The position numbers and the translations under genes are program-made. This document shows positions 38,446 to 51,129 of a stretch of 64,000 bases of DNA, piece after piece (the first letter of the stretch is position 1; each line of letters opens with the position of its first letter). The notes under the pieces were generated by a model. It had not been told where the DNA came from. It searched no databases and saw nothing but the letters and a program-made list of their open reading frames with translations. This DNA is from Mobula hypostoma (lineage: Eukaryota): NCBI RefSeq assembly GCF_963921235.1, contig NC_086108.1:39248001-39312000 (forward strand). Direction: 5' to 3'.

Positions 38446-38700
38446 GAAATCAATGTTGATACCATCACTTGAAGATTACCAAGTCATAATATGAAGTGTT
38501 GCTGCTCCAAATCTGTGTCCAGCCTCAACTACGCAGTAGCAGACGCTGTGAGCATATATGTCAGTGCAAGAATAGGAAGTAAAATTAAAATGGCTAGTCA
38601 TCAGGAAGTCCTGGCTGTTATAATGGACAGAGTGAAGGTGTTCGATACACTGGTTCTCCAATCTGCATCTATTTCCTCAATTCATAGGATGGATGACTAA
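38446..38700 (-). mobile_element. Very old PLE GIY-YIG fragment
   Basis: Minus-strand EHLHSV..DFLMTSHFNFTSYS resembles EHLRSV..DLPVATHFNSTSHS. Confidence 0.6.
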
Positions 38701-39041
38701 AGCTGAGGCAAATTCTTCACAGTCTGTCACTTTCAGGTAAAGACATGGTTTACTTTGTTAATAAAGCGTGAATCTTCCAAATGTGAAGTGTCATATGAAT
38801 GCCAAATGCTAAAAAATATACAAACTGAAATTATACACTCTATAGTATTTGGGATATTAATTGCTACTGCATTTCAGAACAAAGATCCAACTGATAATTT
38901 GCGGAGGAATTCTTGAACTTAAAAATAGAAAAATGTTCTTTATTTGGAAGATGTGTCTAGCTGTGGGAAGGGCAGTAGGGGTGTAATTCACTAACAAGTT
39001 TCTTCCTACTTCAGAACATTTTGATGAAAGACTTTTGTTAC

Positions 39042-39685
39042 ACAAGCACGAGAAATTCCGCAGTTGTTGGTAATCCAAAGCAAAACACACAGAATGCTAC
39101 AGGAACTTAGCAGGTCAGGCAGCATCCATGGACATAAACAGTCACTGTTTCGGACCAAGTCCCTTCTTCAGGACTGGAAAGGAAGAGGAAAGCTACCAGA
39201 ATAAAAAAGGCAGGGAGAGGGGAAGGAGGGCAGCTAGAAGGTGATAAGTGAAGACAGGTAGGTAGGAAAGGTGAAGGGCTGGAGAGGAAGGAATCTGATA
39301 AAAGAGGAGAGTCACCATAGGAGAAGGGAGAGAAGGGGCACCAGACGAGGTGATGGGCAGCTGAAAAGAAGTAAGAAGCCAGACGGGGAATAGAAGAAGA
39401 GAGGAGGCAGAGGGAGAATTATTTTTACCAGAAGGAGAAATCAATATTCATGCCATCAGGTTAGAGACTACCCAGACCGTATACAAGATGTTGTTCCTCC
39501 ACCCTGTAGGTGGACTCATCATGGCGTAAGATGAGACCATGGACCAGTATTTTTAAATGGGAAGAGGAATCAGATTTAAAATGTTTGGCCACTGGAAATT
39601 TTTGCTTTTGGCGGATAGAGTGGAGGTGTTCCATGAAGCAGTCCCAATTAACGGTGTCTCAGCAATGTAGAGGAGACCATCAGTT
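39042..39685 (-). mobile_element. Old PLE 3' fragment with tail
   Basis: Same terminal, purine-linker and GIY-YIG-end layout as the younger copies. Confidence 0.8.
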
Positions 39686-40705
39686 AGATCAACAGATAAA
39701 GATATATGACATTGCATTAGGAATCAATAAAATAAATCCATTTAACCTTTCAGCAGTATTGTACTCAAAGATGACTGAAAAATTAATTATCTTACAGCAA
39801 ATTTGGTAAACTCTTGCCAGATTCTCACTCTCAATCTCATTGGATATACCAATTTCAACAGAATATAAAATGCAGGGTAAATTGTGTAAATGAAAATACA
39901 ATATATCCATGACAAAACAGCAAATTTTAGGAATAAGTTCATTTAATATAATACACGTGTACACAATAAACTGTTTACCTTAAACTGCTATATAGCAAAA
40001 GGATTCTGATGCCTATTGTTTTAAATTATATAACTCCTTTAATCTTCCTGTCATGTATTTGGAATTGAAAATTATTCAAAGCATCATAAAATATTTAAAA
40101 ATTTTATAACAATTTCCTTAACAAAATGTGGAAAGAAATGAGGGAGTAATCTTAAATACAAGCAACTAACATTTTATTCCCTTACTACATAAGGGCAACA
40201 CTGCATAAATTTATTGTGTCCTACTTTGATGGGCTTAGATTTTTGGAAATGTCATTAATGTGATGAACCCAATTCCTGGATATGCAGCAGCTTGGTTTAA
40301 TCTAGAGCACTGCAAGCACTAAAGTGGAACAAACTACCTTAAAATCAAATTTCCTTCAAAGAAATTGACATTAACTTCAATATTCAACTCAAACACAACT
40401 AAATTACTGTGTGCAGCTCAGAAGGGTGTTTTTGGGGCATTTTATAGAAATATCAACTATCTCACTTTCAGGCAATACATAATCTGCCAACATGCAAGCT
40501 ATTTGCACAATTAACAACATCTCAAATGCTCCAGGCAATTAGAAGCAAGCTGTTGACCTAACTATTCCCAAAATGTTACTTCATTTCAGAAGGCAACTTG
40601 ATTCCTTGACCAATGGTTCACAAGGGCCTTATCAAGGCTTTATCAAGATCATCAGGAAGTAGGAGAGGAAAGGTTTGGGAGCATGATTATACAAGAATAT
40701 TTTCA

Positions 40706-42700
40706 AACATAAGAAACAGGAAACCTAGAAGGACATCTGGCTCCTTGACCATACCGCACCATTCAGCAAGATTATGGCTGCCTCAGTACTATTTATCTGT
40801 CCTATCCCATCATCCGTTTTCCCCCATTAAGATCTAAAATCGCGTGAAGGGAATGGTGAACCACACAGGTTTCCAGGGCACAGGATTCCAAAGGTATGCC
40901 ATGCACTGAGTGAAGAAATTTTACATTTCAGTCCTGAGTGACCAACCTTGTATTCTCAAGCTAGAAGCCCAAGTTATAGGCTTCTTAACTCCAGTCTCTA
41001 TCTTGTCAGACCCTCTCAGTATTTTCTATGTCTCAATGACATCTTCTTAATTGTAAATGGGTCTATGCTATGCAATCACTCTGCATTTTACATATCTGCT
41101 ATCCCAGGAACCAGTCAAGCAATCATTTGCTGCATTCCTTTTAAGTAAATATATTCTTTTAAAGTCAGGGAGACTGAAACGGTTCACAATACTCAAAAGT
41201 TCTTGTTCTGTATAAATGTAGTCAGACATCATTATTCTAGGACTCAATCCCTCTTGCAATAAAGGGCAACATACCCTTTCCCTTCCAAGTTTACTGCTGC
41301 TCTTCCACATTGGCTTTCAGTGTACAAAAGCACACAGGTCACTGTGAACACCAAAATTGGCCAATTAATCATCATTTAAACATACGCTCACCATGTGTTT
41401 TCCAAACCCTCCCCCCACTGAAGTGGACAATCTCACATTATATTCCATTTGACATGCTCCCACTCACCCATCCAGTTCATTTATATTGCCATTAAAGCCA
41501 CATCACCACCCAAATTTCGCTTTGTTTTGTGTCATCAGCAACTTGGATCTATGACAATTGGCCTCCTTAGCCAATTACTTTGTCAGTAATGTAATTACCG
41601 CCAATTTTATGTGCCTTAACCTTGTTTACTAGTCTCCTTTGTGTGACCTCTTGAAAGCCAACTGAAAATCCAAAGCCACCAGATCCACTCATTTTTCTTG
41701 CCACCATTCCATTCAATACATTCTCAAGCAATACCGAGCTTAAATAAACATGATTCTTTGTCATTAATACATGATAATTCCACTCAATCATATTGTTATT
41801 TTCAAAGTGTCATAATATTACTTCCTTTATTACATAATCATGTTTTTTGTCCCTACTAATAGGTCAGTAGATCTTTTAAAAAGTTGCTAGTAATTGCAGC
41901 TTTCTTCCAAGATTTCTGAAATATTGGGATCACATTTACTACCTGCCAATCTGCCAGAAGTATTCCAGAGATGATACAGTCTTGGACGGTGATGAGTTCA
42001 TCATCAACTTTCTCCAAATCCACCTCTCTAAAACTCACATGATATTCCATCTCCTATGTCGTTGCCTATGTAAATCATCAGATCCCAGGATTTATTATTT
42101 TCAGGCTTATTAACCCCTCTAGCAGTTTAATTTTTAAACTAATACTAATTCATTTTATTTCTTCAATTGCACTGGAACCTACATTTTCCAGTTATTTTTG
42201 TGAGATTTTTTTTGCTGTCTTCTACAATAAATACTGCCACGTAAAGTGTCTACCTTCTCTGCCATTTTCTTATTCCCCAATACAAATTCTCTTGTCTCAG
42301 TCTGTAATTGATCTTTCTCTTTTTACATACTTTTCAAAACTCTTAAAAGTCATTACTTGTGTTTCTTATGTTTCCTCTCACATTCTAATTTCCCCTTCCT
42401 TACAGGTTTTTTCATCATCCTCGCTGAATAAAATGCTTCCTATCTTCAGTTCACTTGCTGATTCTGGCACCTTTACAAGTCTTGCCTTTAGATTTAATAC
42501 GAGCTTTAATTTTACCAATAAAGCATGGTTGGGCCAGTTTTGAGGAGATTTTGAGCCTCACAAATAAACTAGTATTTCTTTCAATGCCAGCCTTTGCCCA
42601 AGCCCTGTCATAACCTTCAAAGTCATTTTCCACTAACTATGCCCAGCATGCTCTTCCTATTTTCATTATTTCTTTTAGTTAAGACACAAAACCCTAGTTT
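40706..42700 (-). mobile_element. Old, decayed CR1 LINE
   Basis: aacataagaaacagga tail; remnants DWQVVNVIPIFQK and RLVNKVKAHKIGG. Confidence 0.65.
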
Positions 42701-42726
42701 CAGATTGAACAACACCATATTAAAAC

Positions 42727-42915
42727 CACACGTACAAAATGCTAGAGGAACTTGGCAAGCCAGGCAGCATCTATGGAAAAAAGTACAGTCGACCCTTTGG
42801 CCCAAAACATCAGCTGTACTTATTTCCATAGATGCTGCCTGGCCTGCCGGGTTCCTCCAGCATTTTGTGTGTGTTGCTCAGATTTCCAGCATCTGCAGAT
42901 TTTCTCTTGTTTGTG
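42727..42915 (+). mobile_element. Mini fold-back PLE insertion, 13-bp TSD
   Basis: TSD accatattaaaac at 42714-42726 and 42916-42928; inverted arms; tail gatttccagcatctgcagattttctcttgtttgtg on the right arm only. Confidence 0.88.
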
Positions 42916-43120
42916 ACCATATTAAAACATTACATAGAATCATTTCATTTATGGTGACCACATACTTAGGGCCCTTAACAACAAGATTAGCAACTAAACC
43001 TTTCTCATTACACAGTAGCCCAATTCCTAAAGGTTTTTTCAACATACTGGTCTCAAAATAAGCCTCTGATAAATATCAGAAATTCATCTTCTGGACTGCT
43101 CATATGGTTTTCCCAGTCAG

Positions 43121-43672
43121 GTGCAAACTGATGCAATTACAAAGAAGGCACAACAGCTTCTATATTTCATTAGGTGTTTGAGGAGAGTTGGTATGTCACT
43201 AAAGACTTGCAAATTTCTACAGATGTACCGTGGAGAACATTCTAACTGGCTGCATCACTGTCTGCTACGGAGAGGCCCTTGCACAGGGTCAGAAAAAGCT
43301 GCAAACTCAGCCAGCTCCATCATAGGCACTAGACTCCCCAGCATCAATGACATCTTCAAAAAGCAATGCCTCAAAAAAAGCGGCTTCCATCACTAAAGAC
43401 CCCCGTCCCCCAGAACATGCCCTCTTTTCATTGCTACCAAAGGGGAGGTACGGGAGCCTGAAAACACACACTCTATGTAAAAGGAACAGCTTCTTCCTCT
43501 TCACCATCAGATTTCTGAATGGACAATGAACCCATGTACATTAACTCATTTTTTTTCTTTTTTGCTATCATTTTGCACTACTTACTTAATTTTACTTAAT
43601 TTTTCTTATTGTAATTTATAGTCTTTTAAAATTATATATTGCAGTGTACTGCTGTCTCAATACAACAAATTG
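43121..43672 (+). mobile_element. Rex1/Babar LINE 3' fragment
   Basis: KKAQQLLYFIRCLRR..KAASITKDPRPPEHALFSLLPKGRYGSLKTH..IRFLNG. Confidence 0.85.
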
Positions 43673-44019
43673 CCACAGTCAGGCACATTTCCTGCAAACC
43701 TGGTAGTCTAGGTCATTGGAAATTTTCATTGTTTCTCGCATGGATATTCTGCTTGACTGCATACAAGTTATACGGATGAAATTCACCAGGAACTATTCAG
43801 TAAATTCTCACCAATCAGCTAAGTGCCTTCCCCCTATGTGACTTCCTAATTATGGCTGTAATCTTTCAAACTAATGCAAGTGTAACTGACCACACTCACC
43901 ATTGCACATGACATTCCAAAGTCCATACTCCAAGGATCATGAACTCCGTGGAACGCTCTTACCAAGCAGGCCATGACTGATACACTGCAGTGTTACTAGC
44001 TAACTTAACTGACTTCAAA

Positions 44020-44460
44020 GCATACCAATCCAGCGTAGAATTAGACCAGTCAGCCCTTGCCTGTCCCACAATTCAGTAACAACATAACTGATCTGAACGA
44101 AACCTCAGCATTGCTTTCCTTATACGTTCACCTCCTTGCTCATCATGAATCCTTACACCACCGCCTTAAAAATATTCAAAGACTGATTCCACCATCCTTT
44201 GTGGATGAGAGTTTCCAAAACATATGCCCTTGTAAGAAAAAAAAATCACCTCATCTTTACCTTAAATGGGCTACCCCTAACTTTGTTTTTGAGGTGATCC
44301 ATTATTTCTAGATTTTCCAACAAGGGTTAACATCCTTTCCAACCACATCAAGAAATCTCAAGATCTTACATGTTTCAATCAAATTACTTCTCACTTTCCT
44401 CATCTTCAATGGATATGAGCCCAGAATGTGCACCATTTCTTTGTAAGGCAATCTGATGCT
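44020..44460 (-). mobile_element. Degenerate CR1 3' fragment
   Basis: Antisense CR1 3' sequence (atgtttcaatcaaattacttctcac.., gtagaattagacc..). Confidence 0.5.
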
Positions 44461-44687
44461 ATCTATCATATTAAATGGGATGCTAGTTAAGTATATGAAT
44501 TTCTAGCTAACAATGACAGTGCACAGCCATCGACACAGCTCGGAACTGACTGACTCGGTGGCTGTGGCCATGGCCATCGGCTCCTGTACTGGCTTTACTC
44601 GCCTCGGCGGCTTATGGACTCACTTTTGGGGACTGTATGGCTTGATGTTCTGTGTTATTTATTCACTTTTTGCTGCTTACGCAATTT

Positions 44688-44942
44688 GACCATAAGACCA
44701 TAACACTATAAGATATAGGAGCAGAATTAGGCCATTTGGCCCATTGAGTGTGTTCCACCATTTATTTCATCATAGCCGATCATTTTCCCACTTCGTCCCA
44801 ATCTCTTGCTTTTTCACCACATCTCTTCATGCCCTGACAAATCAAGAATCTATCAATCTCTGCCTTAAATGTATCCAATGACTTTGCCTCCACAGCCGCC
44901 TGCGACAACAAATTCCACAGATTCACAACTCTCTGGCTAAAG
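44688..44942 (-). mobile_element. CR1 3' end inserted in an unclassified short retroelement (about 44460-45110)
   Basis: (gaccataa)n tail and SQRVVNLWNLLSQAAVEAKSL; the host ends aataaatgtactttgaacttttgaa. Confidence 0.75.
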
Positions 44943-45870
44943 ATTTGTTGTTTTTTTCCCCCGCACATCTGATGGCCTTGTTGTGTGGGATTTCTCTTTA
45001 AATGGTTTCAAGTGTTTCTTTGCTCTGTGGCTGCCTGCAAGGCAAATCTCAAGGTTGTATACGGTATACATACTTTGATAATAAATGTACTTTGAACTTT
45101 TGAAATTGAACATATTAGTTATTAAGGGTAAGCTGTTAAAGCAATTACATTTTTGTTCAATTTCAACATCAATACCAAAAAACAAGGGAATTGAAAAAGA
45201 AATTAACTATATATTCATAAATTGCGACTTTTCATCAGCTTTGTAAAATGACACATGCTTTGAAACAAACCACATTTGAATATGTAAGGCAATTCCCAAA
45301 ATCATTTCCTGATTTAAAAATAAATACTCCTGCTTCAAGACAAATCAACTGAATAATCAACTCAGTTGTTTCCATCCATTAGCAATGAAGAAGCAATGTT
45401 TCTGAAATGCATGTTGGGTATTACCAACAATATTTGTAAATTAATGTAAGTTGTTTGAATATGCATATTCAAACAATTTTCATATTAATATGCTCATCTA
45501 TTTTTGGATGAGAGTACAATATGCGATTGAATTAAAGATTTAAACCTGATAGCCTTCAAGCTCCCTGTTCCATGTTTGGTCATACCACCTGTATTACAAC
45601 AGCTACTACTGTAAAATGCTTTTCATTATACAGTAAATGCAACCCCTACAAAATAAACAACAAGCATGGGATTAGAAGGTAGTTAATTTGCCTGAGCAAA
45701 CCTCGTAAATGCTTCGCTTGTGACCAGAGGGGCGAGGAGAAACTGCATGAAGCAGGTACAAATACAGTTCATTTTAATATTACAGTTGAAACATTCTGCA
45801 GCATTCCTGTCTACAGAGCACAAACCCAAATTAGTGCTATTTTTAAAACCTTATAATGCCCAACTCTATT

Positions 45871-48800
45871 AGAAACATAGAAAATAGGTGCAGGAGTAGG
45901 CCATTCGGCCCTTCAAGCCTGCACCGCCATTCAGTATGATCATGGCTGATCATCCAACTCAGAACCCTATAGCTGCCTTCTCTCCTTACCCCCTGATCCC
46001 TTTAGCCACAAGGGCCTTATCTAACTCCCTCTTAAATATAGCCAATGAACTGGCCTCAACTGTTTCCTGTGGCATTGAATTCCACAGATTCACCACTCTC
46101 TGTGTGAAGAAGTTTTTCCTCATCTCGGTCCTAAAAGGCTTCTCCTTTATCCTCAAACTGTGACCCCTCATTCTGGACTTCCCCAACATCGGGAACAATC
46201 TTCTTGCATCTAGCCTGTCCAATCCCTTTAGAATTTTATACGTTTCAATCAGATCCCCCCTCAATCTTCTAAATTCCAGACAGTATAAGCCTAGTCGATC
46301 CAGCCTTCCATCATGTGAAAGTCCTGCCATCCCAGGAATCAATCTGGTGAACCTTCTTTGTACTCCCTCTATGGCAAGAATGTCTTTCCTCAGATTAGGG
46401 GACCAAAATTGCACACAATACTCTAGGTGTGGTCTCACCAAGGCCTTGCACAACTGCAGTAGTACCTCCCTGCTCCTGTACTCGAATCCTCTTGCTATGA
46501 ATGCCAGCATACCATTCGCCTTTTTCACCGCCTGCTGAACCTGCATGCCCACTTTCAATGACTGGTGTACAATGACACCCAGGTCTCGTTGCACCTCCCC
46601 TTTTCCTAATCGGCCACCATTCAGATAATAATCTGTTTTCCTGTCCTTGCCACCAAAGTGGATAACCTCACATCTATCCACATTAAATTGCATCTGCCAT
46701 GAAATTGCCCGCTCACCTAATCTATCCAAAGTCACCCTGCATCCTCTTAGCATCCTCCTCACAGCTAACACTGCCGCCCAGCTTCGTGTCATCCGCAAAC
46801 TCGGAGATGCTGCATTTAATTCCCGCGTCTAAGTTATTAATATATATTGTAAACAACTGGGGTCCCAGCACTGAGCCTTGAGGTACCCCACTAGTCACTG
46901 CCTGCCATTCTGAAAAGGTCCCATTTATTCCCACTCTTTGCTTCATGTCTGCCAACCAGTTCTCTATCCACATCAATACCATACCCCCAATACCATGTGC
47001 TTTTAAGTTTGCACACTAATCTCCTGTGTGGGACCTTGTCTAAAGCCTTCTGAAAATCCAAATATACCACATCCACTGGTTCTCCCCTTTCCACTCTACT
47101 AGTTACATCCGCAAAAAATTCTATGAGATCCGTCAGACGTGATTTTCCTTTCACAAATCCATGCTGACTTTGTCCGATGACTTCGCCGCTTTCCAAATGT
47201 GCTGTTATCACATCTTTGATAACTGACTCTAGCATTTTCCCCACCACCGATGTCAGGCTTACCGGTCCATAATTCCCCGGTTTCTCTCTCCCTCCTTTTT
47301 TAAAAAGCGGGGTTACATTAGCCACCCTCCAATCCTCAGGAACTAATCCAGAATCTAAAGAGTTTTGAAAAATTATCACTAATGCATCCACTATTTCTTG
47401 GGCTACTTCCTTAAGCACTCTGGGACGCAGACCATCTGGCCCTGGGGATTTATCTGCCTTCAATCCCTTCAATTTACCTAACACCACTTCCCTACTAACA
47501 TGTATTTCCCTCAGTTCCTCCATCTCACTAGACCCTCGATCCCCTACTATTTCCGGAAGATTATTTATGTCCTCCTTAGTGAAGACCATAAGACCATAAG
47601 ACAAAGTAGCATAAGTAGGCCATTTGGCCCATTGAGTCTGCTCCCCCATTTTATCATGAGCTGATCCATTCTCCTATTTAGTCCCACTCCCCCACCTTCT
47701 CACCATAACCTTTGATGCCCTGGCTACTCAGATACCTATCAATCTCTGCCTTAAATACACCCAATGACTTGGCCTCCACTGCTGCCCATGGCAACAAATT
47801 CCATAGATTCACCACCCTCTGACTAAAAAAATTTCTTCGCATTTCTGTTCTGAAAGGGCGCCCTTCAATCCTTAAGTCATGCCCTCTCGTACTAGACTCC
47901 CCCATCATGGAAAACAACTTTGCCACATCCACTCTGTCCATGCCTTTTAACATTCGAAATGTTTCTATGAGGTCTCCCTTCATGCTTCTAAACTCCAAGG
48001 AATACAGTCCAAGAGTGGACAAGCGTTCCTCATATGTTAACCCTCTCATTCCCGGAATTATTCTAGTGAACCTTCTCTGTACCCTCTCCAACGTCAGCAC
48101 ATCCTTTCTTAAATAAGGAGACCAAAACTGCCCACAGTACTCCAAGTGAGGTCTCACCAGTGCCTTATAGAGCCTCAACATCACATCCCTGCTTCTATAC
48201 TCTATTCCTCTGGAAATGAATGCCAACATTGCATTTGCCTTTTTCACTACTGACTCAACCTGGAGGTTAACTTTAAGGGTATCCTGTACGAGGACTCCCA
48301 AGTCCCGTTGCATCTCAGAACTTTGAATTCTTTCCCCATTTAAATAATAGTCTGCCCATTTATTTTTTCTGCCAAAGTGCATAACCATACACTTTCCAAC
48401 ATTGTACTTCATTTGCCACTTCTCTGCCCATTCTTCCAATCTATCCAAGTCTCTCTGCAGACTCTCCATTTCCTCAGCACTACCGGGCCCTCCACCTATC
48501 TTCGTATCGTCAGCAAACTTAGCCACAAAGCCATCTATTCCATAATCCAAATCGTTGATGTACAATGTAAAAAGAAGCAGCCCCAACACTGATCCCTGTG
48601 GAACACCACTGGTAACCGGCAGCCAACCAGAATAGGATCCCTTTATTCCCACTCTCTGTTTCCTGCTAATCAGCCAACGCTCTATCCATGTATGTAACTT
48701 TCCCGTAATTCCATGGGCTCTTATCTTGTTAAGTAGCCTCATGTGTGGCACCTTGTCAAAGGCCTTCTGAAAACCCAAATAAACAACATCCACTGCATCT

Positions 48801-49880
48801 CCCTTGTCTAACCTACTGGTAATTTCCTCAAAAAATTGTAATAGGTTTGTCAGGCAGGATTTTCCTTTAAGGAATCCATGCTGAGTTCTGTCTATCTTGT
48901 CATATTGCCTCCAAGACAGAGCCAAAGTAGTTATTCAATTGGTCTGCCATGTCCTTGTTCCCCATGATCAATTCACCTGTTTCTGACTGTAAGGGACCTA
49001 CATTTGTCTTAACCAATATTCTTCTTTTCACATATCTATAAAAGCTTTTACAGTCAGTTTTTATGTTCCCTGCCAGCTTTCTCTGATAATCTTTTTCCCT
49101 TTCCTAATTAAGCCCTTTGTCCTCCTCTGCTGGACTCTGAATTTCTCCCAGTCCTCAGGTGTGCCACTTTTTCTGGCTAATTTGTATGTTTCTTCTTTGG
49201 AATTGATACTATCCCTAATTTCCCTTGTCAGCCATGGGTGCACTACCTTCCCTGGTTTATTCTTTTGCTAAACTGGGATGAACAATTGTAGCTCATCCAT
49301 GCGATCTTTAAATGCTTGCCATTGCATATCCACCGTCAACTCTTTAAGTATCATTTGCCAGTCTATCTTAGCTAATTCACATCTCATACCTTCAAAGTTC
49401 CCCTTAAGTTCAGAACCTTTGTTTCTGAAATAACTATATCACTCTCCATCTTAATGAAGAATTCCACCATATTATGGTCACTCTTACCCAAGGGGCCTCG
49501 CACGACAAGATTGCTAATTAACCCTTCCTCATTGCTCAATACCCAGTCCAGAATGGCCTGCTCTCTAGTTGGTTCCTCAACATGTTGGTTCAGAAAACTA
49601 TCCCGCATACATTCCAAGAAATCCTCTTCCTCAGCACCCTTACCAATTTGGTTCACCCAATCTCTATCTAGATTGAAGTCACCCATTATAACTGCTGTTC
49701 CTTTATTGCACGCATTTCTAATTTCCTGTTTAATGCCATCCCCAACCTCACTACTACTGTTAGGTGGCCTGTACACAACTCCCACCAGCGTTTTCTGCCC
49801 CTTAGTGTTATGCAACTCTACCCATATCGATTCCACATCCTCCCGGCTAATGTCCTTCCTTTCTATTGCGTTAATCTCCT
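45871..49880 (-). mobile_element. CR1 LINE ORF2 (endonuclease to 3' end), 5'-truncated, with a nested CR1; 7-bp TSD
   Basis: TSD ctctatt at 45864-45870 and 49881-49887. EN motifs GVVYRPP, GDFN, SDH (49384-49836); RT motifs KSPGPDG, YLDFQKA, VPQGSVLGP, FADD. Confidence 0.93.
47587..48912 (-). mobile_element. Younger CR1 (different subfamily) nested in CR1; uninterrupted RT to C-terminal frame
   Basis: ORF 47678-48925 (415 aa) with QHGF, VPQGSVLG, FADD, HLEYC, TRGH; (gaccataa)n tail; aagac duplicated at the junctions. Confidence 0.93.
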
Positions 49881-50466
49881 CTCTATTGATCAGGTTTGCC
49901 AGGCAGACAATTTATTTTGCAGTTATCTACTCATCTTGCCTGTCTGACCCACTTGTTGGGACATGCTGAATGTGCACCCTTTCAAAAAAAAAGTGGTTAA
50001 TATGTTTTAATTCCTCTATATTTAAGTGAAAATCTTTGTCTAATCGGATGCTAGATCTTTTTAAATTTGCAGCAAAAGGCGAAGACCTTTGCAGGCCAGA
50101 AAATGCTAAAAATAGGTTATGCATTGCTTACTCATTCAGAGTAAAGCATGACAATCAAATTACAACCTTTGCTAAAAATGCAGCAAAATCTCGAAGACTT
50201 ACTGTATACGAACTGGATCACAGTGGACTGTCAAACAGAATACAGGTTTGAGCTTTTGACACGACCAAGTCCTGGATCCGCAAAGAGTAACTAAGTTACA
50301 TCATACTTTTGTAGATGTTAGGAATATTATCAGAAGATACAAAAGATGCCCTTTTGTACAAGCTATCTAGCTATCCAGTCTCTCTATCACTCTTTTCTTC
50401 TTTTATATCTCTGTCAAGTCACTACTCATCCCTTTTGGCCAAAGAGAAAAGCTCTAGCTTTCAAAT

Positions 50467-50923
50467 TTGAAGGAGTGGTCAAGAAAAATAATTGATGCTG
50501 AGGATTCTTTGAGACCTGTTAACATCCTGTTTTCCAAAATGTGTATCCAAGTCCCGGATATGTGTAGAGTAACTAAGTTTAATTAAGATGCTTGGAATAT
50601 TAGAAAATACAAATGAGATTGAACATTCACAATACTCTCCTCTCTGGATAGGCCTTACTCTGCAAACAGTAATAGACATTGATATTATTCTGCAATGACA
50701 ATAATACAGTAACTGCGAAGTGTATAGACAGTTACACTCACCATGTTGAAAAGACCATGGGTGCTTAACCATCTCCATTGTGGCTCTATACTTCCAAATG
50801 AGTGTACCCGGACCCAGGAGATCAATGTATACAAAATCACAGGATATACATTTTGGGACACAGGATGCTAACAGGTCTCAAAAAATCTTCAGCATCAATT
50901 ATTTCTCATGACCAATCCTTCAA
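50467..50923. mobile_element. MITE with ~82-bp terminal inverted repeats, possibly Kolobok (TTAA-type)
   Basis: 50467-50548 and 50842-50923 are reverse complements with scattered mismatches; ends ttga|aggagtggtc ... gaccaatcct|tcaa. Confidence 0.75.
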
Positions 50924-51129
50924 GTATGATCCCTTGAGTTACTGATTCCCACCCCAAATAAATAGTTTAATTCTACTTAACTTGTGAGAAAAGAAAGGCA
51001 ATTTCAAGTAAGTGTGTATGTTGTTGCATTGTCAGATGTCTCACCTTTGAGATGAGAATTGAAGCACTGGATTAACAAGATCTAATAGCACCACTCTGCT
51101 ACCAATCCAAAGGCCCATCACAGATTATT

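Noticed and set aside
37612..38468. Long G/E/R-rich and P/S/L-rich ORFs (165-260 aa)
   Set aside because: Artefacts of the polypurine tract, which lacks stop codons.
47678..48925. Functional or domesticated reverse transcriptase gene
   Set aside because: 5'-truncated young CR1; the start codon lies in the host element and the frame lacks the EN domain and RT N-terminus.
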